This document shows positions 8,593-17,400 of a stretch of 64,000 bases of DNA, piece after piece. A program made the position numbers and the translations under genes. Position 1 is the stretch's first letter; each line of letters opens with the position of its first letter. Source of the DNA: a virus. The DNA lies in the IMG/VR virus record IMGVR_UViG_3300027736_000041, positions 8,075 through 72,074 of that record, one strand, 5' to 3'. The notes beneath the pieces are model-generated. The model saw nothing but the letters and a program-made list of their open reading frames with translations, did not search any database and was not told the DNA's origin.

Positions 8593-8640
8593 GGCATCAT
8601 TAAAGTTCTGAAATGATTATCCTTATATACAGGATAAAAA

Positions 8641-9780
8641 ATGTCAGTACCAGAATATGTTTTCTTGCATCGAATACAGGAATTTTATGACCAGTTGCGT
8701 GCTGGCAGAAACCTATGGAAAATAGACGAGACGCTTGGATTCATTGACGAACGCGGTCGCCAGATGATCAAGAAATGGATTCAAGACGAACGATTTGCAT
8801 GGACATTCGGACGCGGGTATGCACTTCTCATGCAGCCCGCGCCTGTAATCAGTTTGGTGGTTGACAGCGACTCTGATCGTCCAAATGGAAACATGATTGG
8901 CAACTACGCCCGTGATGGCATTGAGTTCGATGCAATTGGTAATGCCAATTATTACTGGGAACAAAATGCCAAATTGAAAATGGGTTCATTTCTTTTCGTG
9001 TTTACGGCACCAAATTCCGATATGCTCACGGCCATGTATTGTCTTACCGAACGAGCATTATATGAGGGAGAAACTCCTCCTGCAGGGGAGGAGGATATCA
9101 TCACGTTCTCGGATTACGGAATCCATGAGTTATCGTACAGGGGATCAGATGTTCGTCCTGATCAGAATTATGTTCCAACGGCAACATGGGCAAGGACTCT
9201 CAATGTATCGTGTTCCTACATGCAGACGTGGACAGGCAAGATATGGGGCAAATCAGGATTCGCCTTGAGTATTGATATAGGTGACGTGTATTCCCCCGGT
9301 GATAATGATTTCATACAGAAAAATCCCGAGTATGTAAATGGTATCCCGGTGTTGCCGGTGAATGCTCCGGGGAGCAATCCTGCATTTGTTCCTGCACCCG
9401 GCATATCCTTGTCTTCCATATCAAATAGCACTACTCCAGTATATTTAACTACTACTGGAGAAAATCCATCAATTGACAACTTATTGAGAGTTGCTGAAAA
9501 TACAGCATTAAGTTTTGATGCCATCATTGGTGCAAACATAGCTGGTCAGGCATCCGCACTATGGAAATTTTCGGGAATTATTCGAAGAGCAATTGAGGCA
9601 TCATCTACTACCGTTGTTGGATTGACTGCTCCGACGATTATCGCTGATCCTATTTTTGCGACAACATACATTGATGTGTATGCAGATACATCATTGGGCG
9701 CATTGATGATTTCGGTAACCGGAATAGCAAACACCGCCGTGTATTGGAGCGCATCAATCGTTGTGAAAGAACTCATCTAA
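8641..9780 (+). CDS. putative tail completion/terminator protein fused to a C-terminal beta-rich domain
   Basis: N-terminal ~190 aa has a tail-terminator-like pattern (PVISLVVDSDSD...RTLNVSCSY). The C-terminal ~120 aa is paralogous to the next two genes. Confidence 0.5.
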   Translation: MSVPEYVFLHRIQEFYDQLRAGRNLWKIDETLGFIDERGRQMIKKWIQDERFAWTFGRGYALLMQPAPVISLVVDSDSDRPNGNMIGNYARDGIEFDAIGNANYYWEQNAKLKMGSFLFVFTAPNSDMLTAMYCLTERALYEGETPPAGEEDIITFSDYGIHELSYRGSDVRPDQNYVPTATWARTLNVSCSYMQTWTGKIWGKSGFALSIDIGDVYSPGDNDFIQKNPEYVNGIPVLPVNAPGSNPAFVPAPGISLSSISNSTTPVYLTTTGENPSIDNLLRVAENTALSFDAIIGANIAGQASALWKFSGIIRRAIEASSTTVVGLTAPTIIADPIFATTYIDVYADTSLGALMISVTGIANTAVYWSASIVVKELI

Positions 9781-10232
9781 TGGTTCGTTTGTATGGCATT
9801 ACAAATGTTTCAACTTCAGGATCGGGCGGTGCAAACAATCAAGGCATTGTTCTGAAAGGAAGCACTACGTCTAACGGAACAACTTATTTAACAACGAATA
9901 GTGTGGGAATTGAAAATGAAGGCAATATGCTTATTGTTGCACAAAATACTTCAGTTCTAATGGACATATCAGTAGTTGCACGAACAGATACAACGCCAAG
10001 CTATGCGGCAGGATGGCTTCTGAGTGGAATGGCAAAACGAGGAGCAAACGCCAATACCGTATCGTTAATGGGTTTCAGCGTTGCTACTTGCACGGCAGAT
10101 TCGCAATTGACAGCATTGCAAATTTTTGTCACTGAAAATTTGACGACTGGCGGAATAAGCATACAGTGCAAAGGAATTAGTCAGTATACTAGAGTAAACT
10201 GGATCGCAACGATTGGGTTGACGCAAGTGTAA
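9780..10232 (+). CDS. small structural protein, paralog of the C-terminal domain of its neighbours
   Basis: TAATG overlap start; YLTT...W..SG..KR...W.ATI pattern. Confidence 0.7.
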   Translation: MVRLYGITNVSTSGSGGANNQGIVLKGSTTSNGTTYLTTNSVGIENEGNMLIVAQNTSVLMDISVVARTDTTPSYAAGWLLSGMAKRGANANTVSLMGFSVATCTADSQLTALQIFVTENLTTGGISIQCKGISQYTRVNWIATIGLTQV

Positions 10233-10335
10233 CATCATTGCTGTTTATGAAATTTCGGCCTTTAATCAAATTAGTGAAATAATAAATATCACGCAAAGGT
10301 AATAGAACCGATACAATAGAGAAAAGGACACAAAA

Positions 10336-12699
10336 ATGGTAGCATTTAGCGCAAACAATAAAACGACATTCAATGTGCCCATAGAGGGTACCGCTACAGG
10401 CGGATTGACCGTAAACCGCACCGACCTAGCGGTAACGAATAGTGCATCCTTGACGGTTGTCGGACCTACGACGACTGGGGCAACGTCTCTATTGTATGGC
10501 GCAAAGATTAGCGGTCCCGTTTCCGGATCGGGCCTTCTCACCACAAGTTACGGACTGTACATCGGCAATCCTACCAATAGTGGCGGAACCACTACAAATG
10601 CATATGGACTGTATGTTGAAAAACCTACCGCTGGGGCGACTCTTAATTATTCCATTTATTCGGCTGGTTCCATTTTTGCAACCGATTCTATTGTAGCGGG
10701 TTCCGCTTCTTTTGATCTTCTCAATACCACTGCAACTACGGTTAATTTTGCCGGTGCATCGACAACCCTGAGCATTGGCGCTGCTGGTGGAACTTCAACA
10801 TTCAATGGGACGCTTAATATCGCGTCAGGAAAGACCCTCACCATTGCGGGCACTGCAGTCTTGTCGGCAACGACACTCGGATCAGGCGTCACTGGATCGT
10901 CCCTGACAAGCGTAGGCACGATTGGCACTGGTACATGGCAAGGCACGGCAATCGCGGTCGGTTACGGGGGTACGGGAACGAACAGTGGTTCCATTACCGG
11001 CACGGGCGCGTTGACATTCACGGCGGGAGGAGCAAACGAAAACGTCACCCTTGCTCCGACCGGAACAGGAACCGTTGATGTTTCTTCCAAGCGCATCACG
11101 AACGTCGCCACTCCAACTGCTTCTACTGATGCTACCAACAAGGGCTACGTGGATGCTCTTGTGCAGGGCATCGACGTTCACCCGTCGGTAAGAGCTGCAA
11201 CTACTGCAAATATTTCTCTGAGTGCCCCGCAAACAATTGACGGCGTTGCAGTTGTTGCGGGAAATCGCGTTCTCGTCAAGAATCAGTCCACTCTGTCGCA
11301 AAACGGTGTCTACATCGTCAATGCAAGTGCGTGGGTGCGTGCCACTGACTTTGATAGCACGGCAAATGTTTCCGCTAATGCGTTCTTCTTTGTTGAAGAA
11401 GGAACCCTCTATGGCGATTCTGGATGGACACTAACCAATGACGGCACACCAGTAATCGGAACAGATGCACTGAATTTCACACAATTCAGTGGTGCCGGAA
11501 TGGTTACTGCAGGAAACGGTTTGACCAAGACTGGCAACTCGCTTGATGTAGTCGGCACGGCAGATCGCATCAGTGTTGCCGCGGACAGCATTGATATTGC
11601 TTCCACGTATGCCGGACAAAATACAATCACTACCGTTGGAACAATTGCAACAGGAACATGGAGTGGTTCATTTGGTTCTGTTTCCGGTGCAAACCTCACT
11701 AGTTTGACCGCCGGAAATCTTTCCGGAACGATTCCTTCCGGAGTGCTTGGAAACTCGACAGTCTACATTGGCACGACGGGGGTTGCACTCAATCGTACTA
11801 GCGGCGCTCTGACCCTAGCCGGATTGACACTGACCACACCCGATATTGGTGTTGCGACTGCAACATCAGTAAACAAACTCACCATCACCGCTCCGGCATC
11901 AGGCTCAACACTTACCATTGCTGACGGCAAGACCCTCACGGTAAGCAATACGCTCACCTTCACGGGTTCGGACTCTGCTTCCGTGGCCTTTGGCAGTGGC
12001 GGAACGGTTGTCTACAGCGGAGGAAGCATCGGTGCGGCCAGTGCCACTTCCCTGAGTTCTTCGGGCCTTGTCACCGCAAGTGGTTTTGTCACTACAACCG
12101 GATCGCTAGGTATCAATTTCAAGGATGGAACCGGTACAGCCGGTACTGCATCTGGTGATACCCGCCTCTACACCACGTCAGGCGATCTTTATCTTTTTGC
12201 TAATGCTGGATCGGCAAAGAAGATCCTCAATGTATCGAATATTGGTTCCTCTGCCCTTGCGTTTGGACAATCATCATTGAATAATAATACTGCAAATGGC
12301 GTAACAGTCAATGCAGGAATTTACACAATGAGAATGTCCACCGGTTCGACTACTGCGACAAAAATGACAGTCAGTGGAGCAGCGTTTGTTGATAACGCTA
12401 CCGATCAGATCATCATTCCCGTCAGCACCACGTGGGCGGTAAGCGTCAAGGTTATTGCCTATAACGCTACCAACACTGCGTCCGCTTCGTGGGACATCAT
12501 CACGACCTTTAGACGAGGATCAACCGGAAATGCAACGATGGTTTCTGATCCAATTGTGTCAGCATTCGGTGATGCGTCCCTTGATGCATCCATCATTGAT
12601 ATCACCACTGGAGCAAATAACATTCTTCTTACCGTGACTTGCGAAGCGGCCACAACAACATTGTGGGCTGCTTCGTTCACGACACTTGAAGTATCGTAA
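10336..12699 (+). CDS. fibre protein
   Basis: T/G/S-rich; RITNVATPTASTDATNKGYVD, VRAATTANI, NRVLVKNQ...NGVY and FTQFSGAG fibre motifs. Confidence 0.75.
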   Translation: MVAFSANNKTTFNVPIEGTATGGLTVNRTDLAVTNSASLTVVGPTTTGATSLLYGAKISGPVSGSGLLTTSYGLYIGNPTNSGGTTTNAYGLYVEKPTAGATLNYSIYSAGSIFATDSIVAGSASFDLLNTTATTVNFAGASTTLSIGAAGGTSTFNGTLNIASGKTLTIAGTAVLSATTLGSGVTGSSLTSVGTIGTGTWQGTAIAVGYGGTGTNSGSITGTGALTFTAGGANENVTLAPTGTGTVDVSSKRITNVATPTASTDATNKGYVDALVQGIDVHPSVRAATTANISLSAPQTIDGVAVVAGNRVLVKNQSTLSQNGVYIVNASAWVRATDFDSTANVSANAFFFVEEGTLYGDSGWTLTNDGTPVIGTDALNFTQFSGAGMVTAGNGLTKTGNSLDVVGTADRISVAADSIDIASTYAGQNTITTVGTIATGTWSGSFGSVSGANLTSLTAGNLSGTIPSGVLGNSTVYIGTTGVALNRTSGALTLAGLTLTTPDIGVATATSVNKLTITAPASGSTLTIADGKTLTVSNTLTFTGSDSASVAFGSGGTVVYSGGSIGAASATSLSSSGLVTASGFVTTTGSLGINFKDGTGTAGTASGDTRLYTTSGDLYLFANAGSAKKILNVSNIGSSALAFGQSSLNNNTANGVTVNAGIYTMRMSTGSTTATKMTVSGAAFVDNATDQIIIPVSTTWAVSVKVIAYNATNTASASWDIITTFRRGSTGNATMVSDPIVSAFGDASLDASIIDITTGANNILLTVTCEAATTTLWAASFTTLEVS

Positions 12700-12708
12700 G
12701 GATAAAAA

Positions 12709-14472
12709 ATGCCGGTAACAAGTTTTACGGCTACCAATCGGTTCGATCTTATTGGTAGCCAAGTAGTCACCGGCGGTCTTGCCGTAGGAACCTCTTCGGA
12801 AGTCACCTACGGATTGACTGTTTATACTAATCCCAAGGATAGTTTGTCCGCTGCTTCATTAACTGTTGCTGCATCAACAATCTATGTGGCAGCAATCAAT
12901 GTTCCTGCATCAACATCGTCCATCACTACGGCGCTACCCAGCCTGACCGTCTCGGCAATGCATGCCAACAGTTTCAAACCGACAAGCATCAGCGCGTTGG
13001 CTTCGGGAATGACGGTTACTCATGCGGCTACTCAGCATATCGGTGGTGTACCGACACGAACAGGCACACTGGCAAATCTTTCACTGACCAATGCCTATGG
13101 AGTGTTCGTAGACACGTCCGCAACCGATTCCACGAATGCCTACGGTGTATATGTCAATGCGCCAACTGGCGCAACAAATAATTATGCATTGTATGTCGGT
13201 TCAGGAAGTTCTTCGCTTGGAAACATCACGGGAGGTTCGTGGCTTGCGTCTGCAGTCGGTGTGAACTATGGAGGTACAGGACAGACCGCAACGCCAAGCA
13301 ACGGCCAGTTGCTGATTGGTACGGGATCAGGGTTCTCGCTAGCGACACTGACTGCGGGAACCAATGTCACCATCACGAATACCTCAGGAAGCATCACGAT
13401 CAACGCATCCGGCACTGGCGGAGGTGGAAGTTCAGGCACCACCACCAATGCATTGACTATAGGAACAGGGCTGTCGGGAACAAGTTTCAATGGCTCTTCA
13501 GCAGTAACCATCGCCTTGGCAAGCACTGCGGTCACTGCAGGTTCGTATACATCCGCAAATATCACCGTTGATGCTCAAGGAAGACTTACTGCTGCATCAA
13601 ACGGAAGTGGTGGAGGGGGTGAAGGGGGTGGAGGAGCATCCCTTTCCGTCGCCAATACATGGACAGCAACGCAAACGCTTTCCAACAAGGCTGTCATCAG
13701 TGATTCAGCGTCTTCTCCTGCGCCATTCTGGGGCAATGCTCTTACCAGTGGACTGGCACTGACAAGCGGTGATACCTCGACAAGTGTCTGGACGGTTGAT
13801 CCTGAGTCGGGGATTGTGCTAGGTATTTTTACTTCTTCCGCCGATTCCATTGGAATGCCAACAACAGACGGCATGGCAATTGCTGCGCCGTCCTATGACT
13901 ACAGCCCCGTTGCAACGGTGGATAGCACGTACAACGGAGCGTTTGAAGTTTCTTTGGGATTGCGACTGAAGGCATCTGCTGCATCAACCACGTTTGTCGA
14001 ACTCCGCGCTCCCACTGGCTCGTCATCCAGTGCGTCCTATGTATTGCCCAACAATCTTCCCGCCAAAGATGGATACATTCTCAATGCAACAACGCAGGGG
14101 CAGATGGCGTGGCAATACCAGAACGCGATTGAGCCGATCATCGCTGATGATATCTCTCCTTATTTCAATGGCTCTTCCGCCGTTTTTCCATTGACCAATA
14201 ATCTTGTTAAAATTTCCAACATTATTGACTCAAAAGATGCTGAAGTTATTGTCAATGGAAGAAGACTCGTGCCGTATGTACAGGAATTACGGTATCCTTG
14301 GATTGTAGAATATGATGCATATCGAGGGTTTCGTGTGAGGGATGGAAAATTGATTCTTTTTAATGCGCCAAAATCTGGAGAGCAAGCAAGCGTGATGATC
14401 AAGACAATCAGTCAAAAAGTGGCGACAAGAAAATATCCATTCTCTGCCTCGACGATTGCGCTGGGAGACTGA
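12709..14472 (+). CDS. fibre protein
   Basis: YGGTG, NGQLLIG and GSYTSANITVDAQGRLT fibre motifs; distinct C-terminal domain ending YPFSASTIALGD. Confidence 0.7.
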   Translation: MPVTSFTATNRFDLIGSQVVTGGLAVGTSSEVTYGLTVYTNPKDSLSAASLTVAASTIYVAAINVPASTSSITTALPSLTVSAMHANSFKPTSISALASGMTVTHAATQHIGGVPTRTGTLANLSLTNAYGVFVDTSATDSTNAYGVYVNAPTGATNNYALYVGSGSSSLGNITGGSWLASAVGVNYGGTGQTATPSNGQLLIGTGSGFSLATLTAGTNVTITNTSGSITINASGTGGGGSSGTTTNALTIGTGLSGTSFNGSSAVTIALASTAVTAGSYTSANITVDAQGRLTAASNGSGGGGEGGGGASLSVANTWTATQTLSNKAVISDSASSPAPFWGNALTSGLALTSGDTSTSVWTVDPESGIVLGIFTSSADSIGMPTTDGMAIAAPSYDYSPVATVDSTYNGAFEVSLGLRLKASAASTTFVELRAPTGSSSSASYVLPNNLPAKDGYILNATTQGQMAWQYQNAIEPIIADDISPYFNGSSAVFPLTNNLVKISNIIDSKDAEVIVNGRRLVPYVQELRYPWIVEYDAYRGFRVRDGKLILFNAPKSGEQASVMIKTISQKVATRKYPFSASTIALGD

Positions 14473-14473
14473 C

Positions 14474-17400
14474 ATGCCAACGAGAGAGGGTATCCAGCAT
14501 TTTGTCGATACATCCGAGCCAAATGGTGTCCAACCCGGTGATGAGTGGTGGAACATTGGTACGGGAAGATATTACAAGCGTGTGGTATTCAGCAATGGCG
14601 GTGTAGGCTGGACGGAGATTGCACAGCCTTCCTTGATGCTTGGTGCTGCGAGTACATGGGCATTGACTCAGGCATTCAATGGAGGAATAACAGGAACAAC
14701 AGCGGCGTTCAGTGGAGGAATAACAGGAACAACAGCGGCGTTCAGTGGTAGCGCAGCGTCTGATTTCATGATCATTGGATCTGGAAGAAGTTCTTCTGTT
14801 CAGGCGTCTTTGGATGTAAAGGGACAGGTACGCGCTCCACAATACATTATTGGCAATCCTGTCTCAGGATCGTCAATTACGTATGGGGCTGCAACAAGTA
14901 ATAATCTTCTTCCTCCGCCCATGTTTCAAGGTGGAACTGGAGCATTGACCTCGGTAGGGACGGCAGCAACGGGGTCAAGTCCTTCTGGTGTTGTGATTGA
15001 CCCTACTGGCAGATTTGTTTTTGTGACGAATATATCTAGCATCACGGTGCAAACCTATACCATAAATCAATCCACCGGAGCATTGACCTCAGTAGGGACG
15101 GCAGCAACGGGGTCAAGTCCTAAAAGTGTTGCGGTTGATCCCACTGGCAGGTTTGCTTTTGTGGGAAATTTGAACGGCGCTACGGTGCAAGCCTATACCA
15201 TCAATCAATCTACCGGAGCATTGACCTCAGTAGGTGCGGTAGCAACGGGGACAACTCCTCGGACTGTTGCGGTTGACCCAACTGGCAGATTTGTTTTTGT
15301 TGCGAATTATAGTAGCGATACCGTACAAGCCTTCACCATCAATCAATCTACTGGAGCATTGACCTCGGTAGGCACGGCAGCAACGGGAACAAATCCTTAT
15401 GGTGTTGCGGTTGATCCGACCGGCAGGTTTGCTTTTGTGACGAATTATAGTGTCAATACAGTACAAGCCTATACCATTAATCAATCGACGGGAGCATTGA
15501 CCTCGGTAGGAGCGGTACCAACGGGGGCAGCTCCTCAGGGTGTTGCGGTTGACCCAACTGGCAGATTTGCTTTTGTCGCGAATCTTAGTAGCGCTACCGT
15601 GCAAGCCTATACCATCAATCAATCCACCGGAGCATTGACTTCGGTAGGCACGACAGCAACGGGGACATTTCCCACTGGTGTTGCGGTTGATCCAACTGGC
15701 AGGTTTGCTTTTGTCCCGAATAGTAGTGGCGCTACCGTGCAGACCTATACCATTAATCAATCGACGGGAGCATTGACCTCGGTAGGCACGGCAGCAACGG
15801 GGACAACTCCTCAAGATGTTGCGGTTGACCCGACTGGCAGATTTGCTTTTGTGGTGAATTATAATAGCGACACGGTACAAACCTATCGTATTAATAATTT
15901 TGCGGCTAATAGTGGAACATTTCAGGATCAGTTAATCATTGGCTCTGGAAGAAGTTCGTCTGGTCAAGCAGCACTTGATGTCAGTGGACAACTTCGCGCT
16001 CCACAATACATTATTGGAAATCCTGTCTCAGGATCATCCATTACATACGGGGCTGCAACAAGTAACAATCTTCTTCCTCCGCCAACTTTTCACGGAGGAA
16101 CCGGAGTGTTGACATCTGTAGGGACGGCAGCAACTGGGACAAATCCTAACAGTGTTGCGGTTGATCCGACCGGCAGGTTTGCTTTTGTGGCGAATAATGG
16201 TGGCACTACCGTACAAGCCTATACCATTAACCAATCCACCGGAGCATTGACTTCGGTAGGCACAGCAGCAACGGGAACAAGCCCTTATGGTGTTGCGGTT
16301 GACCCAACTGGCAGATTTGCTTTTGTGACGAATTATGGTAGCGCTACCGTGCAGGCCTATACCATTAACCAATCCACCGGAGCATTGACCTCGGTAGGGA
16401 CGGTAGCAACGGGAACAAGTCCTCAGCTTGTTGCGGTTGACCCAACTGGCAGGTTTGCCTTTGTGACGAATTATAGCGGCTCTACAGTACAAGCCTATAC
16501 CATTAACCAATCCACCGGAGCATTGACTTCGGTAGGCACAGCAGCAACTGGGTCAAATCCTTATGGTGTTGCGGTTGACCCGACTGGCAGATTTGCTTTT
16601 GTGACGAATTATGGTAGCGCTACGGTACAGGCCTATACCATCAATCAATCTACCGGAGCATTGACCTCGGTCGGAGCGGTAGCAGCGGGGAATAGTCCCT
16701 CCCTTGTTGCGGCTGACCCGACTGGAAGATTTGCTTTTGTCGCGAATCAGGGTGTTGCTACTGTACAGACGTATACGATTAATCAATCAACTGGAGCATT
16801 AACCTCGGTTGGGACAGTAGCAGCGGGGACATTTCCTAATGCTGTTGCGGTTGATCCAACTGGCAGATTTGCTTTTGTGACGAATTATGGTAGCGCTACG
16901 GTGCAAACCTATACCATTAACCAATTGACCGGAGCATTGACCTCGATAGGAACGGTAGCAACGGGAACAAGTCCTTTTGGTGTTGTGGTTGATCCAACTG
17001 GCAGGTTTGCTTTTGTGACGAATTATAGTAGCAATACAGCACAGGCCTATCGTATTAATAATTTTACGGCCAATAGTGGAACATTCCAAGATGGTTTAAC
17101 TATTGGAACAGGAAACATTGTTTCTACTCTCGCCCCAAGTGCAGTGTATGTGAGTGGACAACTCCGCGCTCCACAATACATCATTGGAAACCCAGTTTCA
17201 GGATCGTCTATTACCTATGGAGCAGTAACGGCAAACAATCTTCTTCCTCCGCCCATGTTTCAAGGTGGAACTGGAGCATTGACCTCGGTAGGGACGGCAG
17301 CAACGGGGTCAAGTCCTAAAAGTGTTGCGGTTGACCCGACTGGAAGATTTGCTTTTGTGACAAATCTTAGTACCCCTACAGTACAAGCCTATACCATTAA

